From positions 4,448,001-4,512,000 of the forward strand of contig OZ220733.1 of the NCBI GenBank assembly GCA_965116875.1: 64,000 bases of DNA, given 5' to 3'. Of this stretch, positions 19,372 to 28,741 are shown in pieces (within the stretch, counting starts at the first letter, position 1; the number at the start of each line of letters is the position of its first letter). This DNA is from Candidatus Latescibacterota bacterium. GTDB taxonomy: Bacteria; Latescibacterota; UBA2968; GCA-2709665. The position numbers and the translations under genes are program-made. The notes below the pieces were generated by a model. That model was not told the origin of the DNA, searched no databases, and was given only the letters and a program-made list of their open reading frames with translations.

Positions 19372-21369
19372 ATGAGTCAGCCCGAGTCCCTCAATCACGT
19401 CCCGCTGTCGGAAGATTCCACGGCCTCCGCCGAGGAAGGATTGCGCGGAACCGTAATCGCCCTTTCGGTCGCAGTGCTGGTCTTCGCCTGTGTCGCCGCG
19501 ACGTTTCTGGAGTTCAGATCTCGCTCCGCACATATGGCCATGGCGAATCTGCCTCTGGCGGTGTTGCTTCCCTTTGTCGCGTGGCTATTTGCCAATACCC
19601 TGCTGAAGCGGTTTGTACCCTGGCTGTCCCTGACGTCGGCGGAGTTGAGGATGGCCCTGGGGATGCTCTGGGTGGGCGGTTCATTTGCCGGATACAACTG
19701 GATTACACAGTGGGTTGGCGCAATGGCGGCCCCCAGGTATTACGCCTCCCCGGAAAACAGATGGCGGGAGTTGATTTTCGACTATCTGCCCTGGTGGATG
19801 TTTCCGTCGGATTTTCCCGGCGTCACTGAAGGGTTTTTCCTGGGTTTCGAGAAGGGCGCCGGGGTGCCTTGGGGGGCATGGCTGGGACCTGTTTTCTGGG
19901 CGATGTCCGCCGGCGCCGCGATGACGGCGATCGGGGTGGGGCTGACGGCGGTGTTCCAGAAGCAGTGGGTCCGGCACGAACGGCTTACCTATCCACTGGC
20001 ACAGGTGCCGGTCGATCTGACGGAAGGCTTCGACCGGAAGCGTGGCTGGCCTCCGTTTGCGCGTCAGTGGTTGTTCTGGACAGGTTTTGCTATCTCAGCC
20101 GTTCCCCTCCTGTGGAATCTGATCGAGTACTGGAGTCCCGGATTTCCCCGGCTGGCGATTTTTGACGCGTACTATGGTCCAACCGGGCCCAGAGGCGCAG
20201 AGCTGTCCCGCTATCTTCAGCCGTTCTCCTACCGGATGTTGCCCACCGTCCTTGGCTTTACGTTCCTGTGCGATCTGGATATCCTGTTCAGCATATGGAC
20301 GTTGTGGCTGTCCGGACAGCTGGGCCTGTATGGCATGTCCCGGGTTGGATTCTCGGTGGGCCTCGCGGGGCAGGAAGCCAAGCCTTCGACCATTCTGGGC
20401 CTGTTCACGCACGGCGTCAGCATGGGCATGGTGGTCTGGACCCTCTGGGCCGCAAGGGGTCACCTGAAGCGTGTTTTTCGGCAGGTGGCGAGGCCGCGAA
20501 AACACGAAGAGCCGGAAACCGCGATTCTGTCTCCTCGCCTGGCCATGATTGCCATTCTGGCCGGCGGCATCTATATGGTTTTCTGGTTGAGCAGGGCGGG
20601 TTACAGCGTCACGGTGGGTTTGGCCTGGCTATTGCTGTTCTGGGCGAGTATCCTTGTTGTGATGAAATTCCTGGCCGCGAGCGGGTTCGCCTATCTGTTT
20701 CCCAGCTTTCCAACTTCGATCCTGAATATGACCGTGGGCGCGAACCGGATGAACGAATCCACGCTTGTGGGGCTGCGCCTCGTGAACTGGAGGCTGCTGG
20801 CAGGATGGCGGCTGCCGGCGGCGCTCCCTCACGTGGAACGTCTGGCCGGACGGCCGGGCCGTACGGGATGGGTCGTGGCTGTCAGCCTTGTCGTTGGCAT
20901 GCTGGCGGCGATCCTCTATACGGTCTCCATCTGTTACCAGGAGGGGGGAAGCACGTTTCGCACCTGGTCTCTGGTTGGCGCTCCGAGAGGGATGTACGAG
21001 GGTATCGCAAAAGCGGTTGCGGACACCGACCCCGAGGTTACCGATCCGGGAAAAATAAGCGTGTGGCTGCTCGGCGGCCTGACCGCGGGCGCCATACAGC
21101 TGATGCAGAGCCGGTTCTCCTGGTGGCCGTTTCATCCCCTGGGCGTCATGCTGATGTCGAGCGGGTACGTCCGGCTGTACGTGCTGGATATATTCCTGGT
21201 GTGGCTGGCCAAGTTGATGGTCCTCCGTTTTGGCGGTATTTCCCTGTACCGGCGCGTAAAACCGGTCTGTTACGGGTTGATTGTCGGGTACGTATTCGCT
21301 GTCGGGTGTTCCTTCCTGGTGGACCTGATCTGGTTTCCCGAGGGCGGCCACTATATTCACGGGTACTAG
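19372..21369 (+). CDS. Polytopic membrane protein, DUF6785/DUF6784-like
   Basis: Many TM segments; KQWVRHERLTYPL and WWPFHPLG motifs. Confidence 0.78.
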   Translation: MSQPESLNHVPLSEDSTASAEEGLRGTVIALSVAVLVFACVAATFLEFRSRSAHMAMANLPLAVLLPFVAWLFANTLLKRFVPWLSLTSAELRMALGMLWVGGSFAGYNWITQWVGAMAAPRYYASPENRWRELIFDYLPWWMFPSDFPGVTEGFFLGFEKGAGVPWGAWLGPVFWAMSAGAAMTAIGVGLTAVFQKQWVRHERLTYPLAQVPVDLTEGFDRKRGWPPFARQWLFWTGFAISAVPLLWNLIEYWSPGFPRLAIFDAYYGPTGPRGAELSRYLQPFSYRMLPTVLGFTFLCDLDILFSIWTLWLSGQLGLYGMSRVGFSVGLAGQEAKPSTILGLFTHGVSMGMVVWTLWAARGHLKRVFRQVARPRKHEEPETAILSPRLAMIAILAGGIYMVFWLSRAGYSVTVGLAWLLLFWASILVVMKFLAASGFAYLFPSFPTSILNMTVGANRMNESTLVGLRLVNWRLLAGWRLPAALPHVERLAGRPGRTGWVVAVSLVVGMLAAILYTVSICYQEGGSTFRTWSLVGAPRGMYEGIAKAVADTDPEVTDPGKISVWLLGGLTAGAIQLMQSRFSWWPFHPLGVMLMSSGYVRLYVLDIFLVWLAKLMVLRFGGISLYRRVKPVCYGLIVGYVFAVGCSFLVDLIWFPEGGHYIHGY

Positions 21370-22143
21370 ATGGCAGATCGCGCGATGGATAGTCTGGCCA
21401 TTGACGTCTGCGGCGTGAGCAAGGTGTTCGAGAGTGACACCGGGCGGGTGGAGGCCTTGAGGGACGTGAAACTTCAGGTTCCCCAGGGCGTTTTCGTAAG
21501 CGCAGTCGGACCGTCCGGTTGTGGAAAGACCAGCCTGATGCGTATCGTGGGCGACCTGGAGGTTCCCACGTCCGGGACCGTTCGTGTGAACGGGAAGTTG
21601 CCCGCGGAAGCCAGGAAGGCCCGGGAAATCGGGGTGGTCTTTCAGAGTCCCGGGTTGCTGGGCTGGCGGACGGTGGAAGAGAACGTCGGGCTGCCTGGAG
21701 AGATATTCAACGATTCCAACGTGGCGGCCAGGGCCCGTGAAATGGTTCGAACGGTAGGCCTGGAGGGCTTCGAATCCGCCTATCCGAGGCAGCTGTCGGG
21801 GGGAATGCAGTCGCGGGTGGCCATCGCCAGGGCGCTGACGTACCGCCCCGACATATTGCTGATGGACGAACCGTTCGGCGCGCTGGACGAAATGACGCGA
21901 GAGCGCATGCAGCTGGAGTTGCTGCGCATCTGGAGGGGTACAAGACCGGCCGTGCTGTTTATTACACACAGCATCCCTGAGGCTGTTTTGCTATCGGATC
22001 GGGTGGTGGTGATGTCGCCACGTCCCGGCAGGCTGATTGGAGACGTGGCGGTGGATTTTCCAAGGCCCAGAAACGTGGGTTTGCTTTCTCATCCGCGTTT
22101 CGTCGAGATGGTGGCGCACCTGAGAGCCCTGATGGCGGGATAG
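21370..22143 (+). CDS. NitT/TauT-type ABC transporter ATP-binding protein
   Basis: GPSGCGKT, LSGGMQ, LLMDEPFGALD, ITHS. Confidence 0.95.
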   Translation: MADRAMDSLAIDVCGVSKVFESDTGRVEALRDVKLQVPQGVFVSAVGPSGCGKTSLMRIVGDLEVPTSGTVRVNGKLPAEARKAREIGVVFQSPGLLGWRTVEENVGLPGEIFNDSNVAARAREMVRTVGLEGFESAYPRQLSGGMQSRVAIARALTYRPDILLMDEPFGALDEMTRERMQLELLRIWRGTRPAVLFITHSIPEAVLLSDRVVVMSPRPGRLIGDVAVDFPRPRNVGLLSHPRFVEMVAHLRALMAG

Positions 22144-22232
22144 CGGGAGTTCCGAACCTTTATCAACGGACTGTTAGGGGCGCCTGGCATGAGGGGCGCC
22201 CACCCGCCGCCAGGGAGTACGAACCGTCGTGT

Positions 22233-23204
22233 TCATGGAGCCGGGGGAAGCATATCGGAAACGAAGAGCCCGGAAACGTCGATCTTGCGGTCGACCAGAC
22301 CCAGATCGAACAGAATATCCCGGGTGTGTGTCCACCGTTCGGCGGTCTGTGCGCCCAGCCCCAGGCGTTCCACGTCCGGGCTCATCAGGATGGGGATGAG
22401 CTTTTCGAAATTCGCCCGGTTGAATTCGGCGTCGCTTTCCGGGCGTTCGGCCATGTATGCCGCCACCGCGTCTTCCGGGTTATCAACGGCGTAGCGCCAG
22501 CCCTTCATGCTGGCGTGGACGAATTTTCGCGCAACGTCCGGGTTCTTCTTCAGGTAGTCGGCATTGACAATGATATTGGTGCTGTAGAGGTCGATGCCGT
22601 ATCGGGCAAAGGAGATTCGGGTTACCGCCCGACCCCGGAGTTCGACGGTTACCGGCTGATCTTCGGTATAACCCAGCATGGCGTCGACCTTGCCGGCAAG
22701 GAGCGGTGCGGGACTGGATTCCGTCATTCCCATTACCCGCACGCTGTCTTCATCGATACCCACCTTCTTCAGAAAAGCCTGAAATTCCCGGTGCTTCGTT
22801 CCTCCGATATTGACGCCGACCCGTTTGCCGATCAGATCCTCCGGTTTCCGGATGTTATTCTCTTCCAGCGCATACACCACAACCGGCGAATGCTGGTTGA
22901 TCACGGCGAGAGAGACCACGGGAATGTCCCTTGTGCGCGCGATCAGGGTGGCTGATCCGCTGGAAACCCCAAGCTGATACTTGCCGCTGCCGACGAGTCG
23001 CGCCGTTGTGGGCGCACCGGTACCTTCGAGAATCTCAACCGATATCCCCTCGGCTTCGTAGAATCCCTTTGCCTTCGCCGCGAAGAAACCGGCGTGTTCC
23101 ATCTGCGCTTTCCAGTCCAGAAGCAACTGGATGCGTTGTAGCGTCTCGGGTGGTTTGCCGCAGGCAACCAGAATTGCAAGGAACAGCCAGACAAGGCGGT
23201 TCAT
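22233..23204 (-). CDS. NMT1/THI5-like ABC substrate-binding lipoprotein
   Basis: LVACG lipobox; LLLDWK...HAGFFAAKAKGFY; DLIGKRVG. Confidence 0.88.
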   Translation of the reverse strand: MNRLVWLFLAILVACGKPPETLQRIQLLLDWKAQMEHAGFFAAKAKGFYEAEGISVEILEGTGAPTTARLVGSGKYQLGVSSGSATLIARTRDIPVVSLAVINQHSPVVVYALEENNIRKPEDLIGKRVGVNIGGTKHREFQAFLKKVGIDEDSVRVMGMTESSPAPLLAGKVDAMLGYTEDQPVTVELRGRAVTRISFARYGIDLYSTNIIVNADYLKKNPDVARKFVHASMKGWRYAVDNPEDAVAAYMAERPESDAEFNRANFEKLIPILMSPDVERLGLGAQTAERWTHTRDILFDLGLVDRKIDVSGLFVSDMLPPAP

Positions 23205-23242
23205 CGGATTCCCCCTGTTCACGATTCCGGATTGATGTTTAA

Positions 23243-23456
23243 CCTCAGTTTGAAAAAAGACAACAGTCGAATTGGCCACAAAAAGCACAAAAGGCACAGG
23301 AGAGACCGGTGCCAATTGGGGTATCGAGGTCGTTCATAAGGATTGTATTTTCGATCACGTCCAGCGACTTGGTGTATCCTGGCAATCCGCAGTTTAATCG
23401 CCTTTGTCAACTTGCATATACTCGGTTTAACGTCCACGAAAACATACGAATAATAG
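23243..23456. mobile_element. MITE-like element, copy A (degenerate right end)
   Basis: TTAA|CCTCAGTTTG...CGAATAATAG|TTAT; last 102 nt match 38679-38780 at 82/102 ungapped (hand count). Confidence 0.7.
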
Positions 23457-24248
23457 TTATCGCCGGAGCGGTTCGTGAAAATCGCCCCAACGCTTGAGCA
23501 GAAGTTTTTCCAGGCCTTCCACAATCAGGAAGAGGAGCGTACCCATCGCGCCAAGCACGATCAGCGCGGCGAACATGAGATCCGTAGCCAGCTCGGAGTT
23601 GGCCAGCCGCGTAAGGTGCCCCAGACCGGCGCTGGCGCCGACGAATTCTCCAACAACCGCACCGATCACACTCAGGGTGACACAGATTTTCAGGGCGGCG
23701 AAGAGATAGGGAATGGCGTGCGGCAGGCGGACTTTGATCAGTATCTGGCGGCGACCGGCGGAAAGCGCGCGCATCAGGTCCAGAATGAGCGGGTCCACGG
23801 ACAGGAGGCCGCGCGTGGTGTTGATTATGACTGGAAAGAAAGAAATGAGCGCGGCGATGACCACCTTGGGGAAGAGCCCGAGGCCGAACCAGACGATAAA
23901 CAGCGGGGCGAGCGCTTCTTTCGGAAAGGTCTGGGAGGAAATGACGATGGGGTACAACATCCGCTCGATGACCGGAGAGCGAGCCATGACGATGGCGCCT
24001 GCCACGCCCGTCCCGGCGCCGAGTAGAAACCCCCATAGCGCTTCCTGCAGCGTCACCCAGGCGTGGCCCAGGAGGGTGTATCGCGCGGAGATCAGTTTGC
24101 CGAAAATACGGGACGGCGCCGGGAGGATATAATCCGCGACGTCCCACGCATAGACCAGCAGTTCCCAGATACCAAGCGTGACGAACACGAAGACGAAGGA
24201 GAGGCCGTACTCCCGGATGAGAACTCTGACGACGTTTGCGAGAATCAC
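23457..24248 (-). CDS. NitT/TauT-type ABC transporter permease
   Basis: ILPAPS, LAPLFIVWFG, EAA-like loop, GAVVGEF; GTG start overlaps the upstream TGA. Confidence 0.92.
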   Translation of the reverse strand: MILANVVRVLIREYGLSFVFVFVTLGIWELLVYAWDVADYILPAPSRIFGKLISARYTLLGHAWVTLQEALWGFLLGAGTGVAGAIVMARSPVIERMLYPIVISSQTFPKEALAPLFIVWFGLGLFPKVVIAALISFFPVIINTTRGLLSVDPLILDLMRALSAGRRQILIKVRLPHAIPYLFAALKICVTLSVIGAVVGEFVGASAGLGHLTRLANSELATDLMFAALIVLGAMGTLLFLIVEGLEKLLLKRWGDFHEPLRR

Positions 24249-24622
24249 TGCTCGAACAGAATGATCTGGGCCTGAATCGAGCCGGCCTGGTTCTGGTATT
24301 CGGGGTTTTCGTTCATTGCCATAAACAGCGGTCCTTCGTAGGGTGAGAAAAAGTCGAAATAGACTCCTGCCGCCATGGACGGGTTTTCCGGTCCGACCCT
24401 GCAGATCAGGGCGCCCACGTTGGCGCCTGGCAGAAGGTAGTCGCCTCCGGCCAGGAGGCCTTCGATTCCGTTCGCGCCGCACCAGGTGATGGTTGCAGGA
24501 CGCATCTCGGGCGACCAGATGCCTTCAGCGGATATGACGAGGCGCTGGCCCTCGCGAACCCGCAGATACATCTCCTGCCAGATTGCATTCGGCCGGATGG
24601 TCTTGTTGATGGTCAGCGGCAT
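24245..24622 (-). CDS. LecA/PA-IL-like small lectin-fold protein
   Basis: 125 aa; GQRLVISAEGIWS, GALICRVG and GPLFMAMNENPEYQNQAGS parallel PA-IL motifs. Confidence 0.62.
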   Translation of the reverse strand: MPLTINKTIRPNAIWQEMYLRVREGQRLVISAEGIWSPEMRPATITWCGANGIEGLLAGGDYLLPGANVGALICRVGPENPSMAAGVYFDFFSPYEGPLFMAMNENPEYQNQAGSIQAQIILFEQ

Positions 24623-24764
24623 CGGGACGTTTCCCTTTTCCGGGCATGAAACGGAAACCTGAATGGCAGGTACAAGATAGGACCTCTCAGCGCCAATGTC
24701 AAGGCGGGAGGTCCTCACGCAAGATCCCGTTGCGGAATCGGCCGGGACTTCGAAAGGCCGCACA

Positions 24765-26519
24765 ATGGAATTTCATATGACCCTGGATTTCAGGGACGAT
24801 TTCACCGCGACGCCGGTCCCGTGGACCGCTGAACGGTTGCGGGAATATGTCCGTCTTGTGGCCGATCTGGGTATGAAGGGTATCCATTGGGTTGAGATGG
24901 GGGACGGGGAGATGGGCAAGTGGGACAGGGGTTCCTCCACGGATCTGAGGGGCGGGGCCCGCGCGTTCGTGGAAGCCGTTCCGGATCCACTCGCGTTGGT
25001 GTGCGAAGAGGCCCATCGCGTCGGATTGAAAGTCTACGCGGTGCACAAGATCAACGATATGGCCAGCTTCGGCCCGGGACGGTTCTATCCTCTTGGAACG
25101 GCGCCTGACGTGTTACCGGGCATACCCCAGATCGGCGGCTCGGGCCAGATGGCGTTCCGTTGGCTTCGCGAACATCCCGACGGGCGCGTGGAAATTCACC
25201 CGTCTTTATTGGAAGCCCACGGTGTTCGCAAACCGGTGCGGACCGTTCGCCTCTGGCACGAAGCCGAGCGCCTGCAAGGGGTCCCCGATATTGAATTGTT
25301 CGTCAGCGAGACGAATTCGCGATACACGCCCTATCGGGGCGGCAGCCGGGTCGACGTTTCCGTGCGCAGAAGAAGACCGCCGGTATTTTCGCCCGCGCCC
25401 GAGAAGCGTTTCGGCAACGAAGGGGAATTTGCATGCATCGAAATCTCCGGCCTGGAAATATCTCAGCCGTTCTTCTGTCTCCGTTTTTCCGGCGCGGTCG
25501 GCCTGACGAACACACTGACCGCGCTCCTGGAAGTCGAGGACGTAGCGGGTGCGCCCGTCGTTTTCACCTGGGGATTCTCTCCCAGGTCCGATTACTCCAG
25601 GTCTCTCGGTACGTTTGAGGAGGCCGGCATCGGGTTCGACGCGAACTGGCTCGTTCCGTTCGAAAACCATCCGGGGGGACACGACTGGCAACACTCCGCC
25701 GGAAGGTACAGGCTGAACGTGGACAGGGTACCGTTCATCGGAATCGCACGGGGAAGAAACCGGTTTCTGACGTCAGTGGTCGAACTCGGGTATCCGGATG
25801 TCAGACAGTGGCTGCTCGACGTCGTGCAGTATGAAATCGACGCGGGCTGTGACGGTGTGGACATCCGTGTCGAAAGTCATACGCAGAATATGGATTTCGA
25901 GAACTACGGATTCGGGAAACCCGTTGTCGAAGCGTTTCGCGATCGGTATGGCGTGGACATTACGCGCGAATCGTTCGATCGGGGCGCCTGGAGGGCATTG
26001 CGGGGGGAGCATTTCGATCTGTTCCTGAAGGCCGCGTCTGAACTGATCCGGTCTCATGGAAAGGAATCATGGATCCATCTCACGGCCTATCCGAGCATGG
26101 ATCGGGAGCCCCGGCAGCAAAGCCTGGATCAGATTTACTGGAACTGGCGGAGATGGCTGGCGGAAGGCTGGGTGGACGTCGTGAATTTCAAACGGTTTCA
26201 GGCAAGAAACCTTTCAGCCGGGCAGCAGGCGGCAATCGACCGCTTCTATCGAAAGGCGTTGAATTTCTGCAATGAACTTGGACTGCGAATGGCCTACACG
26301 CCCAATCCGAGATTCGAGGGCATGCGCGACGAGGAATTCGTGGATATGGAACTGCGAAATATCCGTCGTATCGCCGCCGACGGATTCGCCGTCTACAACT
26401 TCTATGAGGGTTGCACGTACATTCGTCTGACCGAAACAGGCTTTAAAGTTGATGCGAAGAGATTGTGGCGAGAGGTCCGTGAATGGAACCGGAATGCCGG
26501 TATTTCACCGGGTCCATGA
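24765..26519 (+). CDS. Hypothetical glycoside-hydrolase-like (TIM barrel) protein
   Basis: EEAHRVGLKVYA, YPDVRQWLL, GCDGVDI, FRDRYGVD resemble the GHL10/DUF187-type pattern. Confidence 0.55.
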   Translation: MEFHMTLDFRDDFTATPVPWTAERLREYVRLVADLGMKGIHWVEMGDGEMGKWDRGSSTDLRGGARAFVEAVPDPLALVCEEAHRVGLKVYAVHKINDMASFGPGRFYPLGTAPDVLPGIPQIGGSGQMAFRWLREHPDGRVEIHPSLLEAHGVRKPVRTVRLWHEAERLQGVPDIELFVSETNSRYTPYRGGSRVDVSVRRRRPPVFSPAPEKRFGNEGEFACIEISGLEISQPFFCLRFSGAVGLTNTLTALLEVEDVAGAPVVFTWGFSPRSDYSRSLGTFEEAGIGFDANWLVPFENHPGGHDWQHSAGRYRLNVDRVPFIGIARGRNRFLTSVVELGYPDVRQWLLDVVQYEIDAGCDGVDIRVESHTQNMDFENYGFGKPVVEAFRDRYGVDITRESFDRGAWRALRGEHFDLFLKAASELIRSHGKESWIHLTAYPSMDREPRQQSLDQIYWNWRRWLAEGWVDVVNFKRFQARNLSAGQQAAIDRFYRKALNFCNELGLRMAYTPNPRFEGMRDEEFVDMELRNIRRIAADGFAVYNFYEGCTYIRLTETGFKVDAKRLWREVREWNRNAGISPGP

Positions 26520-26573
26520 CCGCTCCTGACCGTTGGTTTTCGCCGTCGGCCGAAATTGGAGGAAGGTAGAGAG

Positions 26574-28121
26574 ATGTCAAATCAAATACTTGACGTGGGA
26601 TCCGGAAAGCAACTGTTCGTGGATTCGAAGTTCGTCGAATCCGGCGCGGGTATCGCATTCGTCATGAATCCGCCCTATCAGGCGGACGAACCGGTACTGG
26701 AGCCGGACGCGGCATGGGAGCAGCGGCCCGGAGCGAGTTACGGGATTTACAGCAGCATTCTCAAGGACGTCGACGAAAAGATCCGCGCATGGGTTCACGT
26801 TCGCATCGGCGACTACCGGTCCGGCCGTGACGAGGCCCACGTCGCCTACGCCGAGTCTGCCGACGGCATCCGTTTTTCCAAGCCGGTCCTGAACCTGTTC
26901 GAATCCGGCGGGACATCCGAGAATAACATCGTGATACCGGGGGATATCGGAGGAAGTTCCGTCTGGATCGATCCTCACGCGGCGCCCGATTCCCGATACA
27001 GGAACCAGGCGAAGGTGTATTCGCCGCCCGAGGTATGGGGCCATCTGCACATGCACGGATCGCCTGACGGGATACACTGGAAGCTGGCGCGGGACATCCG
27101 GCTCAGCCGCGGAGGGTGGGATACGCAGACCGTCGTGTTCTGGGACCCGCCGGTCCGGCGCTACGCGATGTATACACGGCACTGGTTTGCGAAGCGGCAT
27201 GGCACCGCCGGGGGCAATCTCAACTACCGGACGGTACGCAGGCTGGAGTCCGAGGACCTGAAGGCGTGGGGCAATCAGCGAATCGTCATGCGGCCCGACG
27301 ACGCGGATATGGATTCTTATGAGACGCCTTCTCCCCTCTGCCCCGAAGGACCGGAGAAACCTTACGGAAGGGTACCTGTGGACTATTACGGCGCTCTGGT
27401 GTTCAAATATCCGGACCCCGATGGCGTCTATATCATGCTGGCCAACGCGAACTGGTACTGGTTCGACCGCGAGCCGATTGTCACCGTTGTGCGTGACGAT
27501 ATGGGCGTTGCGCGGGAGGAGACCCGGAGAATCTACGGCCCCAGTCGTTTCGACGCCCGGTTATCCGTAAGCCGGGACGGTATCGACTTTCAGCGATGCG
27601 GCGGGCGCAAGGCGTTCCTCAAGCCCGGCAGGGAGGGGAGTTTCTCTTCCCGCATGGTCTGGGCGATGCCGCATCCCGTACCGATGGGCGACGAGTTGTG
27701 GATCTATTACAGTGGAACGAACCGGGACCACGATGGCGTGGTCGACCCGGCTGCGGGGAGGCATCTCAGCGGAATCGGCCGCGCCGTGATGCGGCTGGAC
27801 GGCTTCGTATCGGCGGATGCAGGCTACGGAGGCGGCGAGCTTGTCACTCCCGCGATTCGATTCGAGGGCACGCGGCTGGAGTTGAATCTGGATACAGGGG
27901 GAGGAGGTTCCGTAAGGGTGGAGTTGCAGGATCATCACGGCCGGCCGATCGGGAATTACGCCGAAGCGGATGCGTCTTATCTCTGCGGAAATTCTGTCCG
28001 GATGCCCGTGCGCTGGGGCGGCCGGACGGACGTTGGCAAACTGTCCGGAAGGCCGATCAGGATACGTTTCGTCATGCGCGACTGCAAGTTGTATGCGTTT
28101 CAGTTCACCGCGCCAGGGTGA
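26574..28121 (+). CDS. Hypothetical five-bladed beta-propeller glycosidase-like protein (GH32/43-like fold)
   Basis: KQLFVD, AYAESADGI, SPDGIHW, SRDGIDF (Asp-box-like), MRLDGFVS, LYAFQF. Confidence 0.65.
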   Translation: MSNQILDVGSGKQLFVDSKFVESGAGIAFVMNPPYQADEPVLEPDAAWEQRPGASYGIYSSILKDVDEKIRAWVHVRIGDYRSGRDEAHVAYAESADGIRFSKPVLNLFESGGTSENNIVIPGDIGGSSVWIDPHAAPDSRYRNQAKVYSPPEVWGHLHMHGSPDGIHWKLARDIRLSRGGWDTQTVVFWDPPVRRYAMYTRHWFAKRHGTAGGNLNYRTVRRLESEDLKAWGNQRIVMRPDDADMDSYETPSPLCPEGPEKPYGRVPVDYYGALVFKYPDPDGVYIMLANANWYWFDREPIVTVVRDDMGVAREETRRIYGPSRFDARLSVSRDGIDFQRCGGRKAFLKPGREGSFSSRMVWAMPHPVPMGDELWIYYSGTNRDHDGVVDPAAGRHLSGIGRAVMRLDGFVSADAGYGGGELVTPAIRFEGTRLELNLDTGGGGSVRVELQDHHGRPIGNYAEADASYLCGNSVRMPVRWGGRTDVGKLSGRPIRIRFVMRDCKLYAFQFTAPG

Positions 28122-28225
28122 TTCCGACAGCGCCGGTGGAAATTCCACAGTGAACGTGTGAATCCCTGCAGACTGCTATGTGCGTTCGGGTGAGCTTCGA
28201 TCGGTTTGAGGCGGGACGACAACCC

Positions 28226-28696
28226 ATGGAGGATGATTTGGCTGGTTACGAAATCGAGATCAAGTCCGTCGCACCGGTCCTGGTGGCGTCCCGGCGCGAA
28301 ACCATTCCGGACTACGGCGCCATCGGTTCGGCCGTGAACCGTATGTACAATGACGTCGTCACGTATGTCGGAGAACAAAACGGGAATATCCTGGGGCCGG
28401 GAATCACAATCTGGCACGGTCCCCTGGACGCGGAGGCGGCGCTGCCGATTGACAAACCACTGCGGGAGGGCGATCGTGTCACAGTTCGGAATTTGCCGGG
28501 CGTTGAGATGGCGTTTGTGGTTCACCACGGCCCTTTCGACGGGTTCCGCCATGCATACGAAGCCGTACGACGATGGATCCGGAAAAGCGGCTATCGGACT
28601 GCCGGTCCGAGCCGGGAAGTCTACTTGCATTTCACGCCCGGTGGAGACTCGAAGGACTTTGTGACCGAAATCCAGTTTCCCGTCACAAGTGCGTAG
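28226..28696 (+). CDS. GyrI-like small-molecule-binding protein
   Basis: HHGPFD...AYEAVRRWI...GPSREVY...TEIQFPV. Confidence 0.88.
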   Translation: MEDDLAGYEIEIKSVAPVLVASRRETIPDYGAIGSAVNRMYNDVVTYVGEQNGNILGPGITIWHGPLDAEAALPIDKPLREGDRVTVRNLPGVEMAFVVHHGPFDGFRHAYEAVRRWIRKSGYRTAGPSREVYLHFTPGGDSKDFVTEIQFPVTSA

Positions 28697-28741
28697 ACGC
28701 CAGGTTTTGTCGTTCATGCAGATGATTCGATGGTCGAACGC

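Noticed and set aside
22158-22178. TTTATCAACGGACTGTTAG resembling an IS terminal repeat
   Set aside because: Single end with no partner or transposase; too weak to call
23243-23456. Repeat read as 6S RNA, an integron attC site or a small conserved ORF
   Set aside because: The TTAA duplication and the empty-site comparison at copy B support an insertion element; the frames checked contain stops in one copy; no integrase or cassette array is present
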